A DNA stretch of 64,000 nucleotides from Trichosphaerium sp. ATCC 40318 (taxonomy: Eukaryota > Protista > Tubulinea), in the NCBI GenBank assembly GCA_038496445.1, contig JALMLS010000564.1, positions 248,001-312,000 on the forward strand. The letters run 5' to 3'. The notes under the pieces were generated by a model, which was given only the letters and a program-made list of their open reading frames with translations, did not search any database and was not told the DNA's origin. The translations under genes were made by a program, and so were the position numbers. This document shows positions 49,762 through 61,397 of the stretch, in pieces (the first letter of the stretch is position 1; each line of letters starts with the position of its first letter).

Positions 49762-52700
49762 TTATGAACTATCGTATGATCGCACAATATCATCCCAACT
49801 GACGTCTTGTCTTAACTGATAGAAAAACGGATGTTTAGGCTTTCCTTCTTTATTCAAACCCTGTTTTGAAAAAAAACAATACTTTAGTCTAAGAATATTC
49901 GAATTTCACGCACTTCGTGTTTTATGGTCAATACAGAACCGAAAGCCGGTGGACGACTTGTATCTCTACCCGTACAACGTATCCATATTTCATTTTTGTC
50001 CGGACTAGTGACATAAAGTCAGCGAGAAGTTCCATAAAAAAAACGATCGAGTTTTAAAGAATCGTGTACGTCTGGCATAGGAAATAACTTGCAGTATCAT
50101 GAGGCCGTATCATTTTTACCTCAGAGTCGTAGAAAGGCTATAGAGGTAAGAAAGCATAATGATAAAGGATGTTGTGATTTTCTAGTGTACTTTATATTTT
50201 ACTATCGAATTTTGTCTCCCTCCTAAATACGCTGACTTGGGGGATCGAAGTACAACTCCTTCACCTAATAATTAAGTAAATCATAAATGAGGCTATGTAA
50301 CAACGTATAAATAAAGCAACTTAGTAGAGTACCATTAATTGAAATGGTGTTTTGGAACAACTTGTGTATGTGAGAATTATCTTTACATTTTTCGTGATGA
50401 ACACAGTTTATCCAAGGAATGTCAAGTTCGTCAATCTTGGACTTTAATAGTTCATATCGTTCTATAAACACAATACGTATTAAATACACATAATCGAAAC
50501 ACTATACGTACTATTAAAGCATAAATCAGGTATTGGAGTGTCGAACACTTGATAGATGACATCTACAAAAAAGTAAATAGCAAGCTTCAAAGAATCCTTA
50601 CCATCCCAAACAGGTTTATTCCTGAATAAGTTACCAACAAGGGTATCCCTGGTATTATATCCACTCCTGTAATAGATAAGTCAAATACTATTTTAAACAT
50701 CCACACAAGGTTGTAAAAGCAGCACAAAACGTACCATAGTTCGCCATCGAAAAAGAAATCTTTTGGCATTTGTCTCTTTAGTACTTCAGGTGCCGGTATT
50801 ATTTTACCAACGCGTGAGACAAACTGATTACCGTTCCATATAGCTCGAACGCCATCAAATTTTTCAGATAAGTACCTGCCAAACTGGTTTAGTTGTAAAA
50901 CTTCCTTGTGAATACATACCATCCGGAGTAATCTTTATCTTCGTTAAACGTTTGTAAAAGCATTGGTTCTACTGTAGATCCTTTGAAATCTTAGCACGCT
51001 TACAATATCTATTAGTAGTACCTTTCGGTACTTTTCTTTGTCCCTTGGAGAATCTATAACCTCAAGAAGTGGTTCCACGCCTTCCGGTACAACAAAGTCC
51101 AAATCAGGTCTTTTGAAAAAAAAATAAGCTAGCTGATCATTTTACCTTTTTTTGTTTAAACTCACCTATAGTGTATGATAGTGGCTATAATACTTTCTCT
51201 ATCACCTTTCCAGTGGTAAGGAATGGGAATTAACGTTATACCTAATCGCAGAATTAAGATATACAAGCAAGAACCATTTCTTGAGTTGTACCATAATCTT
51301 GGCACTTTTTCAACTTTTCGGCATCCCTACGCTTACGTACATACGTTGAACCGAACATACCAGGATAGTCAAAATAGTGTTGCTCTCCTTGGTACTCAAA
51401 ACCAATATTTAAGCTTGGAACGAACACATCAAGTGACATCCAAGGTGACTTTGATCCATCTCCGCCAACGCCTATTTGATACTCTTCAATGATATTCTCA
51501 TCTTCAGTGATACTCCTGACATGTCGCAACATCAAACTATTCAAATTGTTAAGATAAAAACACCCAAAAACGTGCTTCTCGAAGGACGTTTTACCTTTGT
51601 TTTGACTTTTTGCCCTCACGTGTGAAGAAGTAACCCAGATCCCATTCTATTTCAGGGTACACTTGTGTTAGAACATATGGGAAGTGGTAGACGAATCCAC
51701 CGCCACCCATGTTCTCGAGTTGTATTGTTGAAACGTTGTACCAATCTTCGATGACCTCGATACTCAGTTTTCTCTCTATCTCAATACAATATTGCACTAT
51801 ATTTTCAGTCTGTTGCCAATACCCAGAAGTATTCTTCTTTGTCTTTCTAAACAATATTTTGAGCTCTCAATACCACAAGAAAAAGTCATGCATTCTTTCC
51901 AGGAAGGGGAGATATACGCCCTTAATGACTTGTTCACAAGGAAAGAAGAAAAAAGAAAGAAATGACACTTTACGTGTACGTACACAAATAAACTAGCGTC
52001 CCAATCATAGAATGGATATATAGAAGCAAGTGCATTTGACAATTTGTTGTTATATCTACTCCAAGTAAAAAAATTGACTAAATAATAAAGCCAATACCTA
52101 TTAATGAGCACACTGCTCTTATCAAGTTTTTGTACATGGTGAGGTATAATACCATACCATCCACTTAATTCCTTAATGCACAAGGTTTCAGCTATAGAAT
52201 CAAATATTTCGCGTTGATTATTAATATCATTGTAATGACCACGTGGCAAGACACTAATGTATGTTTAACCTCAAAGAAAATTGTATAGTTAAAAACGTAC
52301 TCAAAGGTTTTAGTATCCCAATCATACTGAGGATACAGTTTTAAGAGAGCTTTATATATAGAATTATTGTACCTTCGTACATGTCAACTAATGCATTTGT
52401 AATAACTGTACCAACATTTTAAAGATATGTGCACCCTTTCTTTTCCTCACGTCTGAATTAAATTAGATTTGAAATTTGCGAAATGTGATACTGTTACATA
52501 CCTGACATTTTAACGTGACACCAATCACTAACCAACATAACACGTATTTGCTTGCCCAATACATCTAGCCAATGTATATGGTTATCCATTACATGCTTTG
52601 GTAATACACTAGGACAGCATTAGCTAAACAATTAAGTCCAAACACCACCTAGAAACACTCCAGTCAAAACTTGGGTATATTGCGCTAAGCATCCTAGCAA

Positions 52701-53329
52701 TGGACTGATTGTACCTTAGATATTGTTAATTGGTTAGTAAGGATGAATATTAACGTACTTGCTCAGGATATGTGCAAGTCCGAACTCCCTAAAATTATCT
52801 TTTGTTGATTGTTGCAAGTCATAAAGTGTTTTTATCTCTAAGCCCTCAGCCATTATCTCTAGTTTCTGTTTTTGGTTCTCTGTAGCATGCCAATGCCCAC
52901 GGGGCATATTACTAAGCGAGTGAGTGCGCATAAGTGGTATTCGCTTACAAGTGGTGCTCAATCCACGAATGACTTTTATATACAACCTTGAGTGCTTGGC
53001 ATATGCTGTTATTGTATCTAGATCCAGTTAGGCAATCTTATCTCAAATGTAGAGTGCATGCTTGTTTAGTATCGCAGAGCCACCTGCATCCCTGAATTGC
53101 GCGTAAGGGACTGTGTACCAGTCTGTCAACAGTTTTACATTTAATTTTCTCCCAATACGCTCTATCTTGCTCCTCTGATCATCTGCGTTACTAATCAACG
53201 TAGTACTACGAAATATAAATAAAACTGGCGCTAAAAGGTATTGACACCACCTGTACTACACAAAAGCGCTACAAATGTAATAACGTACCATACAGTGGTT
53301 CCTTGTAGTATATTACTGTATTTATACAT
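49762..53329 (-). CDS. Helical-repeat + PD-(D/E)XK (DUF559/Vsr-like) nuclease + ATP-dependent DNA ligase fusion
   Basis: About 5 repeats of PRGHW...NQ...L.I...DWY...YN...AL..IYP.YDW. Nuclease SLDVFVPSLNIGFEYQGEQHY...RRDAEKLKKC..YGITLIPIPY. Ligase motifs I YLSEKFDGVRAIW, III FDGELW, IIIa YQVFDTP, IV GEGVVLR, V GRQNSIVKYK. OB fold PPAFGSVLTIKHEGLNKEGKPKHPFFYQLR. Apparent 1-nt frameshift at about 51030. Confidence 0.85.
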
Positions 53330-53524
53330 AAGTAATAAGTGGCATACTGTTTTTGGTTGTTTTTTTTCACGCGCGTAGAATTATCAAGAATTTTCTGTAA
53401 CAACTCAACCAGGACAGCCCAATATTGCCCCTGGTCTACACCAGGGTTCAGTTTTTTTATTTAGATTCGCAACAGCTCTTGAATTAAACAACAGTACCGA
53501 AAAGAAGTAAATCAAAACAACTCC

Positions 53525-56197
53525 ATGTCTGGTCATTCGGAAAGTGCACCGTTGTTTACGAATAAGCAGCGGGAAGACAGGAAAAAGAAAATTAGTCTGA
53601 TAGTAGTTGGAATCTTCACTTTAGCGTATAGTGTGGCAGAAATTAGTACGACAGCACCCTAGTCGCTTTAGCTCACCAACACTACTTCTAGTTGCCGCTC
53701 TGGTCGTAAACTCTTTAACGTTACTGGCCGATGGTATACACAACCTAGGTGATGTTGCATCAATAGGAATAGCCTTGTGGTCTATTATCGTGCGTAACTT
53801 TTTACATTCATGAATAAGCGTCAGTAAAAGTGCCACCTCATTAACCAGCGACCTAGAAAAGCGATCACGACGCAACTGATGAAATGTCTTACGGATGGAA
53901 ACGCTACCCTATCCTTGGAGCTTTAGTAAATGGCGTATTTCTACTAGCACTGTACGTATAAACGCTCTACGAGCATTTTCCGGACATTGAGAATTCGTCA
54001 ACCTGAAATATTTCAAATGGGAAAGGGAAACTTTTCTTTCTTCAGTCGTTTGTTCCATTTCTTGGTGAACCTGCTTTTATACTAACTTTTATATATCACA
54101 AAAGGCTTACTTCCTTTTTTACAGTTGCTTTTACTACATATTAGAGGTTATAATGCGGTACATTGAGCCAAAAGGTGCGAAAAGTCCAAAAAAAATACAA
54201 TTAAAAAAAATAAAAGGAAAATTCTCAATCTCACTTATTTTCAAATAGATATTACTCATCCACCCGTATATATTGCTATGGGTGCCCTAGGACTCCTAGT
54301 AAATTTTATTGGAACGATTGTCTTTTGTCGTACGTCAACAATCACCCTTTTTGAAAAAAATTGGCTGTCTGACTTCTCTAACCGTTTCAAGTCGTCGGAC
54401 ATGGTCATACACATGGTGGACTAGCTCATAACCACTCTCATGGATCAAGTAAAAAACATGGCCACCCACACGGCAAGGAAAACGGACATGGTCATGCACA
54501 TGGTCACAGTAAAAAAAAATATGGAAAAGATTTCGATAGAGAGGAGCGAGAAGGTTTACTCACGCCATACGGTAGTAATGGCTTCGAGGATATTAGAAAT
54601 AGTACGAATTAAATTTTACTGGTTGGAAGTAGTACTAAACAAAATAACAGACCGTCATTCTCATGGCTCTTCTGGTCACCCACATAGCGAAAAACACGGT
54701 CATGGGCATTCACACGGAGACCATGACGATCACGAAGCTCATGGACACGGACACGGTGATAGTCACAAAGACGATCATCATGAAGATAATGGACATGGAC
54801 ACGGACATGGGCACGGACATGGGCACAAAGACAAGCATCATGAAGATCATGGACACGGTCATGAGCATAAAGATGATCACGATGAAGGTCATGGACATGG
54901 ACATGGTGATGGTCACAAAGACGATCATCATGAAGATCACGGACATGGTCATGGAAATAAAGACGCTCATGATGAAGATCATGGACACGGTCACGGCCAT
55001 GGGCATGGACACAAAGATGATCATAAAGATCATGGGCATGGACATGGTAAAAGTAATAGAGACACGCATGATGTCATCGTAGCATTAGATGATTCGCCTG
55101 ATCCACATGATCACGGAAATGATTCACACGAAGAGTATGCACAAACTTTTTTCTTTTTTTGGTTGGATGAACACGTGCTGATTGTTTTTCTCCTTTTTAG
55201 GCACAGAGACGAAAATATCTACGCTGTATTTATACATTACCTCGGTGACACTCTTTCAAGTGTTATTGTCCTTATTGCTGGGCTATTATATTTTTTCTTT
55301 GACGGCAAGAAATGGACTTTGTATATTGATCCTAGCTTTGGGTACGAACTTTAACATATTTTTTTTGAACGTAAAAAAACGTTTTTTTATTTTTGACACG
55401 TGTCATTTCACAAAACAAGATAATTTTTTTATTCAATGTGTTTATAGTTTTCTCGTGCATTCGCTACTTTATTATACATACCTACTTCCTTTTAGTCGAC
55501 TTTTCGTTGAATTGTCTGACTCGCGAGTTTTTTTTCTCACTTCTTTTTATTTTTTGGTCTGTATTTGGTGAAGATTTATTAATTTGTCGTTTAGGTTTGT
55601 TATTATTGCCATTATTCTTTTCACTACAATACCACTTGTTCGTAGATGCAGCCATGTTATGCTTCAGTCAGTACCCGCACACATTGATGCAAAGAAAATA
55701 CGCAAGAGTTTACTGAACATAAAAAATGTTCTTGGCGTTCAACATTTGCATGTTTGGACAGTACGCCTTTTTTTTTTAGTTGTTGAAAAACAAGCAATTA
55801 TTTGACATCTATTCACCAACTCTCTTCGTGATAGTTGTCGATAGACGAAGACTAGAATCTTCAAACTTTTTTTTACCATAACTCAACACGAGTTTGATAC
55901 TTATTTTACCATTAGCTCATTAATGAGATTGTCATTGCTACTGTTGAGATCGATTGTAAAGATAGTGATGTATCTAGAGTACTTAAATGCGCAAAGCGTA
56001 TTATGCATGAGAATGGTAAGGCAAAGAGAAATAAATCTCATCCCGAAACAAACACTTCTTGTTTTTCTGACTGTTGGGTTTTAGGTATTCATTCATCTGT
56101 CGTACAGACAAATGTTAAGAGTGACCACGCTCAGTTGATGCGATCAAAGAGTAGCGGCTGCATACCTCAATGTGCAGAGCCAAATTGTTGTGATTAA
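53525..56197 (+). CDS. CDF-family zinc exporter (ZnT1/Zrc1-like) with a very long His-rich loop
   Basis: SLTLLADGIHNLGD (TM2 HxxxD), MSYGWKR...LGALVNGVFL, ENIYAVFIHYLGD (TM5 HxxxD), YIDP, LQSVP, VQHLHVW, GIHSSVVQ. Confidence 0.93.
54655..55050 (+). repeat. His/Gly/Asp coding repeat (HGHGHG / HKDDHHED units)
   Basis: Imperfect tandem catggacacggt / cacaaagacgatcatcatgaagat units. Confidence 0.9.
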
Positions 56198-56419
56198 AAA
56201 AAGTTTTCAATTATCCAAAAACCTTATCTGTAAAATAAACAGCATTTTTTTTCTACAACATGCTTCCAACCTAAACCTATCGATGTACGCCAAAAACTCT
56301 GTTTATACGTATGACTTCGTTTTATTAATTTTCAACCAAAAGAAAATTTATGTATCCACAAAATCGTGAAGCTGGGAAGGAAGGGACTTGTACGTTTTTT
56401 TTTTGGGTTTTTTGCTTTC

Positions 56420-57006
56420 TTACTTTTTTCGGTAACTTTCCCATTTTTCTTTTGACATGTGATATGTTGCTAATGGGTTATCTTCACTATCATTACAATA
56501 TACAACTTCAAGGCCAAGAGTTTTTTCACAGTAACCACGCATACCCTTATTATATTTACTTGTACGCCAACTTGCACTTTTCATCCTTTTTTTCACAAAG
56601 CATACATCAAAAACTGCATCATGGATTTCCTTGCAATACCCTTTCCCCCAGTGGTCTTTATGAAGGATAATACCAAGTTCAGCATCTCTTGTAACCATAT
56701 TTGCTCTAACCCAGCCACCTACGCCAATAAATTGATCATTTAGAAGAATATAGACCACATAAGCTGATCCTCCTTTCTGACGTAAACTTTGATCTTTTCT
56801 CCTTGCTATTATCTCCTTTCGTGTCCATTTCCTGTGTAGCATTTGTAAGTGTGCCATGGTATCATCGTGCGCAAATAAATCAGCCATTGCGGCATCGTGA
56901 GCGCCGCCTTGATACAATTTAAATGTTAACAACAAAGTGCTTCACAAACCGCACCCACGCTCGCTGCGTCTATCAAAGTTAACCTTTCTGTATGAAGTGC
57001 CGCCAT
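56420..57006 (-). CDS. GNAT (RimJ/RimL-type) acetyltransferase, 2 exons
   Basis: MAALHTERLTL; FIGVGG; AELGIILHKDHWGKGY (acetyl-CoA motif A); NKGMRGYCEKTLG. Confidence 0.88.
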
Positions 57007-57247
57007 TCCAGGGATACACGTGACGTATCTGGACCTTTTTGGAAATATTCCGATTCCTTTTCATCAGTGCGGTTTAAAATTGGTTTAAAATTACTTGCAT
57101 TTATATAGATTCTTATTTTGTATTCTTGTTTTACATACTAGTTGTCGTAGGAAATCACAATATTCTAAACCGATATCGTTTTATAAGCAAAAAAACAGCT
57201 AAAACGAATCTGGTTTATGAAAAATTGTGAACACACAAAACATCTTT

Positions 57248-58663
57248 TTATGGCCACATTATTGCAGAGTTTACGTTATGCTTTTCGTGACAGATACTCT
57301 GTAGTGCTTCAATACCTGCGTATGTAACATGTTTACATCCTTGCAAGTTTATAGTGTGAGCACCAGCTAAAGCTAAAACTCCTTCATCTGTTATACCTTT
57401 ACATGCAGTCAAAGTAATCATATGAACGTCAACTAAAGCTTTAATACCATCACCAGTAACCTTAGTGTATCCAAGATCTATTGTGTGAACACCAACTAAA
57501 GCTCTAACTCCTTTATCTGTTATACCTCCACACTTACTCAAGTTAATGGTGTGAATGCCAGCTAAAGCCTTAATACCATCATCTGTGACCTTTGTGTATG
57601 CGAGATCTATTGTATGAACTCCAGCCAATGCTTTGATGCCTTTGTCAGTTACCTCAGTTTTTCTCAAATTAATAGTATGAACACCAACTAAAGCTTTAAC
57701 ACCTTCATCTGTAACTGTAGTGTATTGAAGATCTATGTTATGAACACCAGCCAATGCTTTAACTCCTTCATCTGTCACTACTGTTCCGTCAAGCTTAATT
57801 GTGTGAACACCAACTAAAGCTTTAACTCCATCATCAGTTACGTTTGTACATCCAAGGCTAATAGTATGAACACCAGCCAATGCTTTAACACCTTCATCTG
57901 TGATTTGCTCACACAGAAGTAAATCTATTGTGTGTACACCAGCCAACGCCTTGATGCCCTCATCTGTTATGCCACAAGAACGTAGACTTATCTTATGCAC
58001 ACCAGCCAACGCCTTAATGCCCTCATCTGTAAATGTACAGCCGAGATTATGCAGCTTGATAGTGTGTACACCTGACAACGCTTTGAGACCGTCATCTGTA
58101 ACTTCTATACCAGTAAGATCAATAGCATGAACACCAGCTAACGCCTTAATACCTTCAGCTGTCACTTGCCTACAATGTAGTAAATTTATTGTATGTACGC
58201 CAGCCAAAGCTTTGAGGCCATTGGTTGTTATAACGCAGCCATTGAGTAGTATAATAGGTACGCCAGCAAGTCGTTGTAGTTGCCTATCAGTAAATGTATA
58301 GTTGCAAAAGGCAACTCTGTGAACATTCTTGAATTTCTTAAATGTAAGTGTTCCAATTTGTCTAAAATCGACAGAGTATGCTCCATTGAGATACTTTAAA
58401 TGTTGTTGTTTGATTGGGTACTGTATTACAATGTTGTTCGATTTAATAATATGTGGTGCTTTTTTAAATAGCTTCCGTAGAGTCTTCACGTTTTTTATGG
58501 TGATATTCATGTCGTTTACATAGCCCAAGTGTTTAAGCGCTATTTTCTCAAACAACTTCGAAGTGCGTACTACTGAACGCATAGTTAAAGCTGAAACAAA
58601 CTGAAAGATTACAACAATGATTTCAATCGGCATCGTATCAAAGAATGCAATTTGTTGGTCCAT
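57248..58663 (-). CDS. Intronless F-box + leucine-rich repeat protein (about 13 x TDEGVKALAGVHTIDL units)
   Basis: N-terminal FDTMPIEIIVVIFQFV...VVRTSKLFEKI (F-box); 24-26 aa LRRs; single 471-aa ORF. Confidence 0.9.
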   Translation of the reverse strand: MDQQIAFFDTMPIEIIVVIFQFVSALTMRSVVRTSKLFEKIALKHLGYVNDMNITIKNVKTLRKLFKKAPHIIKSNNIVIQYPIKQQHLKYLNGAYSVDFRQIGTLTFKKFKNVHRVAFCNYTFTDRQLQRLAGVPIILLNGCVITTNGLKALAGVHTINLLHCRQVTAEGIKALAGVHAIDLTGIEVTDDGLKALSGVHTIKLHNLGCTFTDEGIKALAGVHKISLRSCGITDEGIKALAGVHTIDLLLCEQITDEGVKALAGVHTISLGCTNVTDDGVKALVGVHTIKLDGTVVTDEGVKALAGVHNIDLQYTTVTDEGVKALVGVHTINLRKTEVTDKGIKALAGVHTIDLAYTKVTDDGIKALAGIHTINLSKCGGITDKGVRALVGVHTIDLGYTKVTGDGIKALVDVHMITLTACKGITDEGVLALAGAHTINLQGCKHVTYAGIEALQSICHEKHNVNSAIMWP

Positions 58664-58870
58664 CTTTCAACACGTGCACTTTTACAAATTAGAGGCTAAG
58701 AATAGCGAAGAAAAGGATGGACTGTGCTTTTCAGTCTCTTGCTGTTTTGTAGTCCGCAATTCACTCACAAGGCTAGGAACGTTCGTAACAGGTAGTTAGT
58801 GCTAAGTAGTTACAAAGTAAGGAGAATGGCAGTAGTCCAAAGGTGGGCATGTACATCAGTTTCATTTATT

Positions 58871-61308
58871 TTACAATTCTTTTGGTTGTTCGTTGTCTTT
58901 TGGTTTCTCATTTTTCATTTCAATTGCCAATTTTTCCAGCTCTGCTAATGGTAGCCCAGAGTCGGTTTTAGCTAGAGCTAATGGTTTCACCTCATTACGA
59001 AGTTGTTTAAAATCACTACGCCTATAGACAAGTAAGAAAAGAAAACGAATGTCATTGATCAAAAAAAAAAGTCATTCGTACCCAACAGTTTGAAGCCATA
59101 TGCAATAGTCTCGGATGTATAAGTGATTCAAGTAGTGCTTATTATCGGAGGTATTAAAGAGCCTATGAATATCCAGAAAGCAACGTAAAACAGCTCTTTT
59201 GCCAAGCATTAAAATTTTTTTAACGTCATGGATTACTTTAGTTGATAACTTCCAGTGTCTGTAAAGAGGATAAACCAAACTTCGTCTAACTGATGCAGAC
59301 AATGCTTCCTTGGCACTCACGAATTGCTAGAAAGATTAGTTCACTACAAATCGGGAAAAAAAATAAAAAGAAAAAAACTATAATTCCAGACTTAGTTTCA
59401 AAAATTCTTCAAATCGATACGTGCACGACGTTTACACGATTTTTGCGCAGCGACACAGACGCAAATACGAAGAAAAAAAAATAAAAAAAACAGCAATGCG
59501 CTTTCACAACAAAAACGTCGATTATTCGCTTAGTACGCAATACCTCTTGCCAAGAAAGGGTAGCCGACAATTTACGTATTGTCCATGCGCTTTCAACAGT
59601 ATGTTCTCCTTTTGTCGTTCTGTAATCATAAGCATACGCAAATAATATATCAACCACTCCTATAAGCACCAATAAGACGCTATACACAATAAAAAAAGTG
59701 CCAAACGAAAACCACAAATTATTTTTTTTTGAAAACTCTTAGTTTAAAAAAAAAGCGGTTTGCTTCATCTGCCGTGTGCGTCGAGCCGAGAGATGGTTAG
59801 CAGCTCCCTGGTACAAGGACGAGACAGCACTTCGTGTTTCTTAATGCACGCATTATTAAGGCCATGGCTTCATGCCATCTTAAACCATTTTTTTGCGCTT
59901 TCTGCATTTCGGCCAAGTCAAAAAAATTGTAGAGTTGCAGCAAACCGCTTAGTTCGTTTAGGCATGGAGTTTTTCATAGTTTTCAGGCGTTTTGAGGTAA
60001 AATGGAAAAAAAAGAGCATAACTCAGTGGTATCCGCGTACCATACAATAAAATGCGCGGATTGGAGACAATATCTTACTTTGGTCAAGGATAGAATATAG
60101 CTGCGATTGTACATGACGCATGGAAGAAGAAAAATGGGTATAAAATAAATTGTTTGGTTGTGGGATACACTCCTTGTTTGGCAGTTTTAGTAGCGTTTCA
60201 AGCTGTTCTTTATCAAAAGGTACAGCTGCCTCATCAATTTTTTGCTGCGCAAGTAATGCCCTTTGAGCTTTTTCTTCCTTCGTTGCAATAGTGTCTTTGC
60301 TCGCAGCCTTATGCTCCAAGAACAATTCTTGCTTTTTAAGGTACTCTGCATCCCATGAAGGAATCCAACGGACAGCCTCTTCAATAGCCTCACACTCAAT
60401 AAAATCCATCCTATGTCGTATTAGAAACAGAAAGGGTGACACCAAAAGATGATAAATTGAGATTTTGTTTTGTTGTTCTTGGTATTGTTCGCGTGCATGT
60501 AGTGGTCAAGGCCAAAATTTCGTGCTTCTGTCTGTGCTCGAAGTTCCTTTCGTTCTTCTAATGTTAAATTTTCTGGGTTCGGATTGTCTGTTATGTCATA
60601 CGCTTGAGAAGCGACATTACGAAAAAAATCGTGGTATTGATTGTTAAAGCCATAACAAATGCTGCCTTCAAATGGTCCTTCTTGCTACATGAAGTCAGTA
60701 ACTGTAATTACAGGTATATGGTTACCTCAGGCTCTGGTAGAGACGGTGTTATAGTCCAATCAAACTCGACTTCCGTCGGCTCTTTGAAAAAATGAATACA
60801 ATAAATAAAATGACTCTTTACCTTCTTTTTTAGAGCCAGGTTCTTCTATTACCTCGATTAATGGCGTAACCACTTCCGGCGCAACAGGTTTTTTAGCAAT
60901 TAATTTCGTGAGCATGTCAAGGTGCGGGAAGAAAAGCCCTTTCTCCTTCTTTGGCAAGAAAACTGTATAGGGATTGAGTTACGAACGTATTGTGCGGCGT
61001 ACCTTTCATTAAACCCTTGTCAATGTCGTATGTCGCTTTCTCCCTGCCATCTTCTACGACAGGATGAGGTAAGCTCAATCTATGCCAATGAGCGTATACT
61101 ATGATCAAAAAGCGTACTTGAGGAGGTACGGTTTACAATAGAATTTTACATCTTTTTCTGCGATTAAAAACTCTGCGTCTGCGCTCTGTACTCATATTAG
61201 AATAAACTATATTAAAAACTAACAAAAACTTGCCCTGATGTACTTTACTTGTAAATCTAGTAGTACAAACTCTTCATTTTGAGAAACAGTAAAGAGAGGG
61301 GTTATCAT
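58871..61308 (-). CDS. SHQ1: H/ACA RNP assembly chaperone SHQ1
   Basis: MITPLFTVSQ...VKYIR, FYCKPYLL, FFPHLDMLTKL, LVDILFAYAYDYRTT.GEHTVESAWTIRKLSATLSW, RRSLVYPLYRHWKL, YLNHLYIRDYCIWLQ. Confidence 0.95.
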
Positions 61309-61397
61309 CTACGCCAAGAAAACAATCAAAAAAAAAAGCAAGCGTATTCCACGATGGTCAATCCATTAACAGCAAAAGAGAATTAAATTAAACTACA

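Noticed and set aside
54663-55082. Met-rich ORFs on both strands
   Set aside because: Alternate frames of the His-rich transporter loop.
49762-58663. Integrated giant virus or Polinton/virophage (ligase, nuclease, F-box LRR)
   Set aside because: No capsid, packaging ATPase, PolB, integrase or terminal repeats were seen. The ligase gene is intron-rich and interspersed with host genes.
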